Origin: Eledone cirrhosa
Lineage: Eukaryota
Assembly (NCBI GenBank): GCA_964016885.1
Contig: OZ024755.1
Location: 20,398,001 to 20,462,000, forward strand
Direction of reading: 5' to 3'
DNA length: 64,000 bases
Shown: positions 1 to 12,978 of the stretch, piece by piece
Layout: each line of letters starts with the position of its first letter
How positions within the stretch are numbered: position 1 is the first letter of the stretch
Position numbers and translations under genes: made by a program
Notes under the pieces: generated by a model
What the model was told of the DNA's origin: nothing
Databases searched by the model: none
What the model saw: the letters and a program-made list of their open reading frames with translations, nothing else

Positions 1-470
1 GTAATGACTTTGCTTATAATGACACAACTACAATTCTCAGACTTCACATCTGTTTGAACTTACCAATTAGTGTGACTACAAAGTAAATAAGGCTATTTCA
101 AAAATATATTATAGTAATAAGCAAAATGAATATTTAAACTAAACTTTTTCCTCTTAGCTCTTTATAAGTTCTAGAAGATGTACTTTTCGGATTTCTAAGA
201 TATTCCATACTAGATAACACATCAAATATATACTTAGAATAAAATTAAGAAATGTAGAAAATAAAAATAACGTTTATTGTTATGAGAAATATTCGAAAAC
301 TACATGAAAACCGCTTTCTTTTTGCAATATTGCTTCTAGCACTATGTTTAATTAAAAATCCGTAAGTACTATGTTCCTTTTTTTTATCATCTAAGACTTA
401 GAATCTAAGTACTCAACACATAAAATGTTTTTTTCTTTCATCTAAGTGCTCAACACTAGAAAGGAATACA

Positions 471-512
471 GTATGTTGTCCGACGCTCTGCCGATACTGA
501 CAATTCACCGCC
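471..512 (-). mobile_element. SINE family A, 5' head fragment
   Basis: Reverse complement reads ggcggtgaattgtcagtatcggcagagcgtcggacaacatac, matching the head of the full copies in this window. Confidence 0.7.
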
Positions 513-600
513 TTTAACTAAAATAAATAACACCATAAAAACCACAACTATCATTATCGAACATTTTACTTCCCTACTATTCTGATCAACCATTATTATC

Positions 601-1160
601 ATCCGACGCCATGCTTTCCAGCATAGTTACGTCCCTTTACGATCTGAGTTCAAGTCCCGCCGAGGTTGACTTTGCCTTTCATCCTTACGGAGTCGATGAA
701 ATAAAGTACCAGTAATACACTGGCATAATTGCTGGCCTTGTGCCAAAGGTAGAAGCAATTATTATCATCAATCATAGAGTTGCGTCTCTTTACGTTCTGA
801 TTTCAAATCTCGCCGATGTTGGATTTACTTTTCATCATTACGGGGTCGATAAAATAAAGTAGCAGTAATGCAATGGGGTTGATTTAATCGACTTTCAACA
901 AATTGTTAGCCTACGTTACTAAATCAGAAACCATAATTAAGCCAATGGATAGGGTGGTGGATCGTAAGAGCGTCGGACAACATGCTCTGCGGCATATAAT
1001 TTGCGGCCCTTTATGCTCTGCGTTCAAATCCCACCGAGGTTAGCTTTTTTTTTTCATCCGTATAAGTCAATAAAATAAAGTACCAGTAACGCACTGGGCG
1101 GTTTAATCGACTTTCCTCTTCCCCAAAATTGTTGGCCTTGTGCTAAATCAGACACAATTA
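601..1160 (+). mobile_element. Three adjacent SINE family A copies (about 601-764, 773-939, 951-1160; the last two diverged)
   Basis: Each carries versions of the B-box region (gttcaaatccc) and the core tttgcctttcatccttacggggtcgataaaataaagtaccag. Confidence 0.85.
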
Positions 1161-1950
1161 CTATCATCAATAACAATTTCTCGTAAGAACACTTTCCATT
1201 CAGCAAGACTGTATAACTAGGTTATAATCAAAATTGATAACAAGATATACCAGTTAATCATTCCTTCGATTCTCATGCTACAATGAGATGGTTCTGAAAT
1301 TGCTATAATTCCCAGAATTATTTTCATAAACTCATAAGTAGCATGCTGTTAATTGTTGCTAATTGCACAGAGTTTCAGGATGACTTAGTTTGAAATAATA
1401 AAGAGCATATAATTTGTTTCGGCAGCTTTAATTTTCTATCTGTGTTCGTAATTAGGATTAAATAAAAATAAATCTCTGGGTAAATTCCTTTGTTCGTTCT
1501 TGCTTGCAAATCAAATCAATGTTGTTTCATAATAACATATGGTATGGAGCTATGGATACATAAAGATGCAACGTTGTCTGCTTTCAGCAGCAGGTGTTGC
1601 GTTATATATTAATTAAAGTCGCAATGAAAGCCTAAAAGAAAAATGCATATCAAAACATCAGGATTCTTAATAGGATTATTCGGTGTGTGCGCGCGTGTGC
1701 GTGTGATGGACTCTCCCGTCGATATCCGACGGATGAGTGCCCAACAAAAGTTAAATGTGAGAAAGTGAACTGATGCTGAACTACCCACACAAAGTTTTGT
1801 TTTAAGGGGTGAAGGCTTGTGTAGGACAAACCATACTTTTGGGAACTGACGACACATATCCTCGGTGCAAATGTTTGCCACGGAAAATACCACAGCCCTC
1901 AGCTTTTTATGCCTCGGAGTTTAACCTCTCCGTATAAAAGAAAACACTAT

Positions 1951-2145
1951 TTGGATGGCCGTTGACTCTCTGCTGAATTCCTCCGCCCCTTGCCGGGTGT
2001 TCTATTTCATCCCGCAGGGTGTCCAAATATCACCATCCCCACCAAGCAAGCTTGGTGGGGTTGCCGGTTTAGTCGCTGACGACCCGACCATGAGACAGGT
2101 TGTACTGGGTTACATGTTACCAATAGCACTCGAGAGCGACCTGAC
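1951..2145 (-). mobile_element. Interspersed repeat family D, 5' head (probably RTE-related non-autonomous element; may extend left to about 1690)
   Basis: Reverse complement aligns by eye with 63808-63952, 63286-63410 and the 106-bp satellite unit at 54205. It contains the hairpin ccccaccaagc-aa-gcttggtgggg and abuts (TA)n. Confidence 0.7.
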
Positions 2146-2500
2146 ATTATATATATATATATAACTTTATTAGTGTGTGACTTTAGTATCACTCCTACAT
2201 AGTCAGCCTATGAACTTTCCAGCCCTCGTAATATTTTAATATTTAATGTAAAAGTAACAGAAAACATTTATGAAGTACTAATAAGAAATGTGCATATGTT
2301 CGACCAAGACTGGAATTTCAGGTTTAAACCGGCCATTGTTCGTGCACTTCCTTATATGGTTAACTGCATCAACAGTACTGTTAATAAAGTAGGATTCCCC
2401 AAGCAGCTAATCAAAATCATATAACATTAATGGAACAATGAATATATGTAAAATATTTCTAACATTTAGCCGCGCGCGTGTGTCTGTGTGTGCGTGTCTG

Positions 2501-2535
<35 letters not shown>

Positions 2536-2966
2536 CTGCGTGCGTGCGCATATATATATATAGACATGTACAAACGTATTCGTTCATATAGGTAAAGCAT
2601 TACATAATGATCTTCCCACGCACTGGAATATATGTTTACACACGTATGCATTTATCCATACATACATATATATATATACACACACACACATACATACATA
2701 CACACACACCATTTGGTTCTCTAGGAGATTACTTTGATGTTAGTCATTGCAGTTTCGATCGGATTCCGTCGAAAATATTTTTACCAAATCGATATTTCCT
2801 GCTTAGACTTTTACCCTGGCAGACTTTAACGAAACAATGGCGAAAATTTTCTTTGAATTTTCATTTCGTAGCTACAAACACAGCGTTTGTAAAGAATATC
2901 TTACTTTTATTTATTTTTATACAATTGTTACAATATTTTTACTAGAATAACTCCGTAATGGTGGCT

Positions 2967-3112
2967 ACTAGTTGGCTATATTTTAATATATTGTAAAGTT
3001 TAGGCCTGTGGACTAACCTGGTTATATTTTAATGTATTGTAGGTTTAGAGTTGTGAACTAATCTGGCTACATGTTACTGTATTGTAAAGTTTAGGGTTGT
3101 GAACTAATCTGG

Positions 3113-3115
<3 letters not shown>
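2967..3115. repeat. Degenerate tandem repeat of about 45 bp, just over 3 copies
   Basis: actaNNtggNta...tattgta..gtttag recurs at about 2967, 3012, 3057 and 3103. Confidence 0.65.
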
Positions 3116-3149
<34 letters not shown>

Positions 3150-3484
3150 GGCTGTCCGCTCGTTATCGAGTATGGCCATTGCACGATATAACATTAATTA
3201 TCAATTAATTTTATCGTGAAATGCCTGTGCGTGAAGATTATATTTAAAGTGAGGAAAGACTGCGCACCGAGCCAAACCCACTCTCTGAGCGACAGTAGCT
3301 ATAACCTTAAAAGAAGAAAAGATCAACATCATCGGTAACTACTGAGCCGCAGGTTTTATATCGGAGTTATCCCAGTTTCCTGGGTTGCCTTCTAGAAGAA
3401 TGCCCTGCCAAAAGCTAGGGTTCCTTCTCTCCCTGTGGTTTAACCGCGTGATCTGGTATTCAGTTCGATTATTTCTATTTCTAT

Positions 3485-3532
<48 letters not shown>

Positions 3533-4279
3533 GTGAGAGAAAGAAATGGAATTATAAATAATGAATTTATTTCCGATCTAATGTTTCTCTACGTTTATAA
3601 CGTTATAACATTTAGACTTTTATATCAAGTTTATAGATTATCTACAATATATGTAGAGAGAGATTATAATGAGTTTAAATCGAAGTACATATGTGTGTGT
3701 AAATATATAAATACGTCCTTGTTACAAATATAACTGCACTAGGAATATAGATTAAATTACAGGGCCCTTGTAAAGAACCTGAGCCCACGCATACAAGTGA
3801 TAATCAAATTTATTGTTTTGCATAAATTCACACACAGGGTACTTAGTTTTAAAACTAACTTCAGAGAAATAAGAAATCAATGCAGCTTATCTGACTTCAA
3901 AATATTTCATTCATTCTTTTGTGAAGAGTGAGCTGACCAAAATGCTAATTACTTCGTCAATGAATAGATTATCCTACTTTCTAACCGGAGAATTTGTCGA
4001 TAGTATCAATGAGTATAAATATTTTCTTTTGTCCCAATTAATATGTGTTCAGCCTCCGTTAAACTCTTATTATGCCGCATGTAATATTTTGCGGAGACGC
4101 GACGATCAGATCATAACAAATTTCAAAAGAATTTACGTCGATAGAAAGTATAGCTATTTTTCTACCTTATAAAAAGGTAACGACATAGCAAAGACTTAAG
4201 AATCAGATTAACATACGATGCAGTATTTTGCCCAGGTCTCTGTGCTCTAAGTTCAAATACCACTTGGGCCTACATTCAT

Positions 4280-4331
<52 letters not shown>

Positions 4332-4472
4332 AGTTTATGTTGGTTGTATACCAACACCTCAGTATGCAGGCTGGAGCACTCGACGAAGTGCGCAGGTTGG
4401 TTTGGTTACTCCGGAGTAGTGTAAAATAAAGTTAAATAAAAGTCAAATGATTAAAATTTAGCTTCGTTTATT

Positions 4473-4527
4473 ACTGCTATATATATTTCAGTGACAGCCA
4501 TCTTTGGCTGTGACCTCTTCAGGCAGT
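4473..4527 (-). ncRNA. Minimal type I hammerhead ribozyme motif (Penelope-like element type)
   Basis: Minus strand reads ACTGC-CTGAAGA-GGTCACAGCCA-AAGA-TGGCTGTCACT-GAAA-TATATA-TA-GCAGT. Stem I is ACTGC/GCAGT, the CUGANGA and GAAA core is intact, stem II is long, stem III is palindromic, and AATAAA follows immediately. Confidence 0.8.
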
Positions 4528-4633
4528 TTGAATTAGTATGGTATAGACAAGTACATATGTTGTTTAGGTGTATGATATTGTCAATACTCTGATATGCCCA
4601 GTTCCTTGTTGGGTTGTTAATTCACTGGGGAAC

Positions 4634-4847
4634 TAGGAAAAGATTCAGGACTCCAACGGCTGAGCTCCGGCCGTTTCGATAGCTAGATCCGAACCGAATT
4701 TTTCGGATCTAGCTGTCGAAAACGGCCGGAGCTCAGCTGTCGGAGTCCTGAATCTTTTTCCATTACCCACTCTACTACTCTATGTATTGAGTACTTTGGT
4801 GCGTTATGGTCCACCTGGTATCTTAGTATCTTACCATACCCTCTTTG

Positions 4848-4849
<2 letters not shown>
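4634..4849 (+). mobile_element. Fold-back element family C (long hairpin plus unique tail ending at (TA)n)
   Basis: Inverted arms ggaaaagattcaggac...gatccgaa / ttcggatc...gtcctgaatctttttcc, followed by a tail (ttacccactctacta...gttatggtccacctgg) shared with five other loci. Confidence 0.85.
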
Positions 4850-4892
<43 letters not shown>

Positions 4893-5600
4893 TATATATA
4901 TATACATATATATACATTATACACACAGACATATACATTATACAATTTATACACACACCTATACACACACTCATATGCTCTATGTATCTTTGAAAACTGA
5001 AGATGTCCAGCAAGCGAAAGAATCATATATTCTCCACATATTTTAAACAAGCTGCAATATTAACTCTGAAGTGTGTTGATTATGCTGAACAATTACTATT
5101 TCTATTTATTTAAATAATTATCTGTACCAATGAAAATATTATTGTTTGTTTGTTTTTCTCTAATAATATTTCGATTACTGTCCTCTTTGCTGCAGACTTC
5201 GCTTTGTGTTGTTGCTGCTGATTGCAATTCGTTATAAACCGTTAGCCTCAACATCCTAACTTCGAATTATATTCTCTAAATAAAGAAGGAAACGTTTTCT
5301 GAGAAGATTTAACCTTTTAATTGACACATGTCTTATTAGTATTCTCGTCTTTATTAAAGCTGTTAATTCGGCCAATATATTCTTGAAGTTGATCGCATCT
5401 TTGCTGTCGTTTTCTGTAGCTAGTTTATAGACAAGATCTTCGTAGATATTTTCTGAATGTTGTTGCTACTACCGTTTTGTACTATTCTGTTGGTTGACTA
5501 GCTATAATGGAAAGTATTCTGACAGCAGAATTTGTCGCTTTTGCTGCTGTTATAACAGCTATTTAGTCTTATGAAACTATCATTATTATTTTAGTTAATA

Positions 5601-5790
5601 GGGCGATGGATTGGCAGTATCGGTAGAGGGTCGGACGCCATGCTTTTCAGCACAGTTACGTCCCTTTACGGACTGAGTTCAAATCGCGCCGAGGTTGACT
5701 TTGCCTTTCATCCTTACGGGGTCGATAAAATAAAGTACCAGTAATACACTGGATTAATTGCTGGCCTTGTGCCAAAAGTAGAAACAATTA
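5601..5790 (+). mobile_element. Full-length SINE family A with 18-bp TSD
   Basis: A-box tggcagtatcgg and B-box gttcaaatc; direct repeat attattattttagttaat at 5582-5599 and 5787-5804. Confidence 0.95.
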
Positions 5791-6312
5791 TTATTTTAGT
5801 TAATTATACGCATGCCATTATATAGACGATAAAGGAAATCCGACTCATTTCTGGAAGTAACTTTTAAAATTGTTAAAATTATGTTTTGTTTCTTCTATTA
5901 TATGAGAACGATTTAATTAATCAGAACCAAAATAGACTATATAATTAGAGAATTGTTTCTATTAGATATCTTAGCGTTTACTTACTTGCTGTATTATTAT
6001 TGTCAGAAGATTATTCATTTTAAATATAATTTAGTTAAGGAAAACTAATATACCAATTTAATGTAGGCGTGGGTGGTTATAGATTATTCTGGGTTCGAAT
6101 GAAGCACTGTTTGTTGATGTTGAATTAGATTCTGAATGGAATTTAGATTGCTTTAGCAACATTGCCCGAAGTACAATCATCGTCAGCAAGTTTTTCTTAG
6201 AAGTTTCAAATTCCAGTCAAATTTGTTTGAAACCATCTTGGCACTTCAATTCGAATTGTAGCACAGATTGTATATCCACGGAAACCATAACAAAATAGAT
6301 TAGTCACTCATA

Positions 6313-6536
6313 TAATTGTTTCTTATATAGACACAAGGCCAGCAATTTTTTTTTTGGGGGGGGGGGGGGTCGCTTAAGTTGACCCCAGTGCCAGACTGGT
6401 ACTTTATTTTATCGACCCCGTAAGGATGAAAGGCAAAGTTAACCTCGGTGGGATTTGAACTCAGATCATAAAGGGCCGTAACTACGCTGCAAAGCATGGC
6501 GTCCGGCCCTCTATCGATACTGCCAATCCTCCGCCC
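6313..6536 (-). mobile_element. Full-length SINE family A, long variant with poly-C/poly-A segment, 16-bp TSD
   Basis: Flanking repeat tagtcact(c/a)atataat at 6301-6316 and 6537-6552 with one mismatch. Confidence 0.93.
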
Positions 6537-6840
6537 TAGTCACTAATATAATAATGCCCAAACCCATACATAATCCTTATTTCGAGTAATTGAGTGGAGT
6601 ATTTTAGTTTATCTAGTTCAGAACTAATTTTGTTTCGGAATTATTGAAAAGTTCTGTATTTTTTTGTATGGATCTTATAAGATAATTTTCCGCCTAGTAG
6701 AGTTTATCACTGTAGTACTATCCCTACCTATATTTTTCTGAAGTTCTGCAATGGAATAAAACCTTTATTTTTTTTATATTGACGTCAAAGCTATTTGCTT
6801 TTACATTAATTGTTTCTGCCCAATTTTTTTTTTTTTTTTA

Positions 6841-6956
6841 CGCTTACGGCACCTAGGGTCCCCAAGCGGTCACCCATCTAAGTACTAACTAGGCTCTACG
6901 TTGCTTAACTTCGGTGATCGAACGAGAACCGGTGTTTTCAGCGTGATATGGCCGTA
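6841..6956 (-). pseudogene. 5S rRNA retroposed pseudogene, about 3 nt 5'-truncated
   Basis: Minus strand tacggccatatcacgctgaaaacaccggttctcgttcgatcaccgaagttaagcaacg...ttagtacttagatgggtgaccgcttggg...gtgccgtaagc is a recognisable eukaryotic 5S sequence. It is followed by A16 and flanked by the 19-bp TSD tatttgcttttacattaat (6792-6810 and 6955-6973). Confidence 0.95.
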
Positions 6957-7084
6957 TTTGCTTTTACATTAATAAAGGGTAAAGAAACCGATCGTCATCA
7001 GATGGGACCGAGAAAATAATGTTTCCACTGATAAAATTATCTGTCGATTGGAACTTCTACCAAAAGAAGTGACGTGAACTAAGG

Positions 7085-7269
7085 CAGGCATGTCAAACAT
7101 GCGGCCCTTTACAAGCACACCTGCGGCTCGCACAAAGGTTTTTACAACGCGAGCATGTTTTATTTTCGTAAAATTAGTTGTAATGTGCGCAATTAGTTGT
7201 CATGTGTGGCCCTCAGACAACACATGTGACCCATGTGGCCCTCGGGAGACCCTCAGTTTGACATGCCTG
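7085..7269. mobile_element. hAT-type MITE
   Basis: 14-bp TIR caggcatgtcaaac / gtttgacatgcctg; 8-bp TSD aactaagg / aactaaag (7 of 8 match). Confidence 0.88.
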
Positions 7270-7284
7270 AACTAAAGTATTTTA

Positions 7285-7374
7285 CTAAACACAACGTGCT
7301 ACCCAGTCCAGTAATCGAATCCGGTGATCTTATGACTGTCAACCCAATACCCTAACCACTAGGCCACATGCCTT
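7285..7374 (-). mobile_element. SINE family B, tRNA-like head fragment
   Basis: Reverse complement ggcatgtggcctagtggttagggtattgg...ggattcgattactgg resembles the head of the copy at 48017. Confidence 0.6.
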
Positions 7375-8871
7375 CATGAATTTATAGATTAAATTTTGGA
7401 TTTTGTCGGTGTTATTTAAACATTTCTTTACACATAGATGCCCATTTTGATTTTCATCCTGCTCGTCTGGATAAAGCAATTGCTAGTCGTGTACAGATGT
7501 TAATTCAAACGGCTAATCTTTTCAAACATGTATAACCTTGTAGTAATGTCAGAAATACTTATTAGCTTGACGTTTCTTCGAATAAGCCAGAAAATAGATA
7601 CTCCTGGTATCAATGTGTAGACCTCATTAAGACTCTTGAGAAATAACTTATACTATGTAGATAAAACTATTGTGGCTTCATTTACATTACTATTGTATAA
7701 TATGGTTTGTCTATATCGTAATAAAGTCATGAAAAAGATGTATTTCCATTCTATTTTTTTAAAACTTTATGGGCTGGAGTCTGGAGAAACATCAGAGAAA
7801 TTTTCTCAAGGTTTAACAACAGTTTATATACAAATAAAATTTTATTCACTTTAGATTATTGAAAAGATAGCCACAGTAATTCAGTCTAGCTACAGTCTAT
7901 TTTATTCTCCCCTACAAACAACTAAAAGAGGCAACCATTGATTTTGAAGTCGTTATCTATTTTAATATATTTCTTTGTTCCCGTTAGGTTTCTAAATAAG
8001 GATGGTCTGACTATGTTTGGATGCTAGGGGTCAGATAATTGAAAGCAGTTTACATTAAAGCCACATTTATACACTTCCTGCTGTTTTATAACTACAATAA
8101 TAATGGACGTTTTGGAAGACATTTCGTAGAAATAAATTGCAAACAAACGTCTGCCAAAAGCCGTTCGTTGCAGAATATTGCCCATTAATTCATTGATTTC
8201 TCTACATTTATATAATTACCATTGTCTCTTAGACTTGCAAATGGTGATTAAATTACGATCAACTTCAAGAAAACTAGTTTTCATCTTGTCGTTAACTAAA
8301 AGTTTTCGCACCATTTTTCAAACTTTACTATTTAGAGCTTATTATAATGTCGTAAGTAACGAGTTGCAGTCAAGAATTTCAAATTGAATATACAACCATT
8401 TAACATTACTATTCAATATTTTAACAATGTGTTTGTTTTACTTTCTACGATTGCAGCATCCCGTATCGATTGGATGTCGGGTTGATAAACCGATGCAGAT
8501 AGCTAAGTTTTTCATTTCCTGGTGTTGCAAATGTGCATATTAGTACCCGATGATTAAAGGCTTACTATTCGTACATACAGACCAATGACAAAAGCAGTGA
8601 AAGCAGTGAAAGCATTGAATAAGTAATTAACTGTCTAGTTTCTAGTAATCCGTTCAGGGTCACGATAGAAACATTCTAAGTACGACGCTATTTCAACACA
8701 TCCTATAAAAACACACCACTATGGACATGCTATGATTTATTAAAGTGGTTTTAAATCCGAATTCTTGCTGTAAAAATACAAGAATCAGAATCGAAACAGT
8801 AATGATTATAGTGAAATATTCAGTTTATTAAATTACCTAAAAGAATTATTTCTCAGCCAGATTCATTACAA

Positions 8872-8998
8872 TTTATGATCTGAGTTCAAATCCCGCCGAG
8901 GTTAACTTTGCCTTTCATCCTTACGGGGTCGATAAAATAAAGTACCAGTAATACACTGGGATAATTGCTGGCATTGTGCCAAAAGTAGAAACAATTAT
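8872..8998 (+). mobile_element. SINE family A, 5'-truncated
   Basis: Runs from the B-box through the 3' tail ...agtagaaacaattatt. Confidence 0.9.
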
Positions 8999-9974
8999 TT
9001 GAAGAAAGGTATAAAGACAAAAGAAGATAGGAAAAGATAGGAAGAAGAATCTGAATCAAGGGAGAGAAAAATAGCAGACAAGTGCACATCTTAATAATTT
9101 CTGTAATCGTATTGTTGAAGACTTTCTTAGATATGAAATAATTTCATGTTCTTTGTTATATAAACGTATAAGATTCCTTATTGTTTCTGTTAACGACATA
9201 AATCCGATTGATTTTTAATGGTTCACGTAAATATTTTCTTTTCTAAGGCTTCAATACAATCGATCTAAATTCGATAGCTCTAACACAAGTTGTCTATCCA
9301 CTTACATCAATACACATTATAAAGCTCATATTCCATACGTAAGAAACAGTCTATTGGCAAACCAAGCCAAACACATACAGCTTCTACCATTACCTATACA
9401 ACCATCTCCAAACACTAGCAGACACGTTCAAAACAACACACAAGACTAATCTAAAACCAATCTAAGATATTATCTTTCCCATTCTCTCCAGACAAACACA
9501 AAAAAACAACATATACAAATCCATACAAATATAACAGCAACAGCAGCACCAATATTAAACTCTGTGCTGGGATACACAACAGGAACTGTACAGGAAAATA
9601 AGAGGTACATCAATTGTATCATTCCGTTCATCTTCATATTGGCAATCTCAGAAATGTCTATTTCTAAAGTCTACCTGTATACAGGAGACGATTAGTCAGT
9701 AGAGAACATTAGATATTAAATCGCTACAATATCAAGCTTCTTCAATTTAAAACATGTTGAAATATACAGTTTGGTTCTCAACTAATCGAAGACACCATTT
9801 CCTTGAGACAGTTTAACTGCATATTGGACCTAGTCCTTGATCTGCCGGTCAGCATTCATAATTCTACTCATCAATGACTAACATGATTTACACAATGAAA
9901 ACTACAATAAGATCGACGTCATTGGAGAGCTTTGTTTCAGAAATGTGTTACATCCTAAAGAGTATTGAGACTAG

Positions 9975-10058
9975 TGGAGGTACAAGGCCAGTGGTAAGGG
10001 TGTTGAAATTACGATCATAATGTCGTGGTTTCAATTCCTGGACTGGGTGATGCGTTGG
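9975..10058 (+). mobile_element. SINE family B, head fragment
   Basis: tggaggtacaaggccagtggtaagggtgttg...acgatcataatgtcgtggtttcaattcctgg is similar to 48017-48090. Confidence 0.6.
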
Positions 10059-10154
10059 TTTCTTGTTATATCATATATAGAAGCCAATAGTATAGTTATT
10101 GTAAATAATTTGATTCTAGGTAGCAGAACAGTGAAATATTTGTGTTCATTATAT

Positions 10155-10252
10155 GTTGACTTTGCCTTTCATCCTTATGGGGTCGATAAAATAAAGTACC
10201 AGTAATGTACTGGGTAATTGCTGGCCTTGTGCCAAAAGTAGAAACAATTATA
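10155..10252 (+). mobile_element. SINE family A, 3' half
   Basis: Core plus tail. Confidence 0.88.
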
Positions 10253-11752
10253 TTACTAGTTATTCACATCTTTATGAGGTTCAATTTATAGAATTATTGT
10301 TACTAAGAGCTTAAGTAAACCGGATAGACCAGATTGACTAACGTATCTTTGTTACGGGCGCGTCAACCATGGTTCATTTAAGGCCTAAGCAACTGTAGCT
10401 TTATAAATAGGATATTTATGGTCAGTTAAATTAGGGTCCTAAATCACAGAAGGAACCCCTACGTACGATTGAATTCACATTGTATTTATGAAATATATTT
10501 ATGGAGCAAAGCTATTTATACAAAAGCAAAAGACACTACGAAGGGGTACAAAAACGAAAGAGAAACGAAACGAAATGAAAAGAAGAATCAAGTAACGAAA
10601 GAAAATGAGAGGGGGGGAGACAGACATTAAACCCCAGTCTCAGCGGTATCTCAGCCATAATGTCAAAGGCAATACCGCGGAGAATGGCCAGAGGCACCTG
10701 CTGCCATCGCGGGTCTCTCTTCTCAAGCAAGCCACCGTTTTTCCCGAATAAAGCACCAGTAACGCACTGGGCTCGATTTAACCAACTTTACTCCCCCCCC
10801 CCCTCTCAAATCACAGGCTGTGTGCTGAGATTAAGCCATTATTATGAGAAAGAGTTAGACACTACAAACACACGCAAAAGTTCATTCTATTCTCGTATCG
10901 ATTTTCATAAATTAAATTACCCATGGGGCCTTTCGATCAATTACGACTTAAAAGGTCAGAATCTCATAGGCAAAATATACGATTAAAGTTTTAAATTAAT
11001 ATAAATATTTAAACATATATGATTCACGCGTGTGTTGGATAAAAGAGAAAAATTCGTTTTAGTTTTTCACATATATATATTATATATACATAATTCAATG
11101 AACTTTAACAATATGTTAAAAAATATATATACACTTACCTTAGATCTCTTCATTTTCCTTCCTTGTTCTTCTTTATAAAAAGTGAATCAAACGTGGAATA
11201 GTCCAATTAGGTTGAAGATTTCATTTATGAACACAACAGTGAAACACCTTTTACCGTATAATATTAGTTGACTCAATACTTATTGAAACGCAATAGCTCT
11301 TTAGAGTTTCTCTTTCGTGTATAATGGGCGAAGCTGATTTAACGTCTTGTAAACTATTATGTCGTCAAGTATGAAATTTGTAGAAAAAAACATGCTTCAC
11401 TACAAATTTCAAAATTGACGACCCAATACTTATTTATAAAATAAAATTTAAGTTTCTTAAAATATTGATTTTTCTCTGTATTGGTATAAGATCAACATTT
11501 ACAATAGAAGTTCAAAATCGATTAGTTCGTGTAATCCAAATACACAATGTATAGACTTCGTTTTCACCACAACAGAACAGTCAAACTACAGTAGAAAAGG
11601 CAGTTTCAAGAGGCAGAACATTGCAAATATTTGAGTGGGAAGGCGCGAGACGTAGTAGTTAGGGTATTGGCTTCAACTTCCAGACCATGTGCCTTTCTAT
11701 TCCCTTCAGCAAGGTCCTTCATATAATATTGCTGCAGTTCACTCAGCTAGAA

Positions 11753-12010
11753 AGTAGTACCATGGGTCGGCAGGTGGGCTTTACCTCCTCAACGGACTGA
11801 CATTCGGCCCCCAAAAGACTCTCGTGTTCTCTGTCAACAAAAGTAGTTCCACCGGCAGGTAGGAGTTACCTCCCAAATGGACTGACATCCGACCCCCAAA
11901 AGACTCTCGTGTTCTCCGTCAACAGAAGTAGTTCCATCGGCAGGTAAGAGTTACCTCCTCATCCGACTGACATCCGGTCAATAAGAGACTCTCACTCTCT
12001 CCGCCAACGC
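11753..12010. repeat. 85-bp tandem repeat, about 3 copies, following a diverged SINE B-like fragment (about 11637-11760)
   Basis: cggcaggt recurs at 11768, 11853 and 11938. Confidence 0.85.
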
Positions 12011-12136
12011 ACAGGAAACAAGAATAACTTTGATTTCATTTTTTTTTTTTAAGCAATGATTTCCTTTATTCCAAAGAGAAGAGAATGATAAGTTGTAGCC
12101 TTGACGTTTTTCCTACATCATTAATACTGAAAATGA

Positions 12137-12352
12137 GGGCAGTGGATTGTCAGTATCGGTAGAGCGTCGGACAACATACTTTGCGACATATAGTTACGTC
12201 TCTTTACGTTTTGAGTTCAAATCACGCCGAAGTTAGCCTTGCCTTTGATCCATTTTACGGGGTGTATAAAATAAAGTACCAGTAATGCATTGGGTAGATT
12301 TAATCGACCTTCTCCTCCTATAAATTGTTGGCAGTGTGCCTAAACCAGAAAC
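12137..12352 (+). mobile_element. SINE family A, diverged full-length copy
   Basis: Head, B-box, core and tail are all recognisable. Confidence 0.85.
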
Positions 12353-12978
12353 CCCTTACCATCCTCCGGGGAAACACCTTCTCCATTCTGTGGGGCGGGG
12401 CCAGCACGTGGGGCCCCATTTGCTGATAATAGAGAGAGATGCGGAGGGCGAGAGAGATGGCGAAGATGACAGTGGGAGTTCGGCTCTTCTGTGTTCGGAC
12501 CTGATGTGCAACGTCAGTGAACAGATTGTTGTTAAAGTTTGCAGTATTATTTATGTTGTTTGTGTGGTTGTACTAATAATTGTTCGTGGAAACCACCGCC
12601 TATTTTTTATGGCTTTTGTCATGGCAATATATATTTTTTTCACGTAAAAGGAAATGAATCGAAATAGCGTTGCAGATTAGTCTCACTGGAAGCTTATCTT
12701 TTTCTGAACGATGCTCACATGTGTTTTAATTAAAAACTGGAATTATTTTGATCAAATTCAAAAGCCAAATGTTTTTTTAGAGGAGAAGAGGGGAGGGACT
12801 GTGGGGATGGTGGAATATTAACACTTTCTATTAACGATTATTAAGTTAGCATATTTAATGCAGTGTGCTTTAAAGCATCTAATTAGAAATATTTGTGCAG
12901 TAATTAATCTCGGTGATTTAATTTTTTTTAAATATGCTAATTTTCCCGCCTCTCCGCGTAAATCATTATTAATGTACA

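Noticed and set aside
4993-5035. Hammerhead candidate ctgaaga...gcgaaag
   Set aside because: No convincing stem II or stem III, and no UH cleavage site in register.
5260-5465. Stop-free stretch of about 68 codons on the minus strand (QHSENIYEDLVYKL...)
   Set aside because: No start codon, no clear splice sites in frame, and no recognisable homology.
6841-6956. Functional 5S rRNA gene
   Set aside because: It is 5'-truncated, followed by poly(A) rather than an oligo(T) terminator, solitary, and flanked by a TSD.
12420-12650. Possible solo LTR
   Set aside because: No clear TG...CA termini, TSD or second copy.
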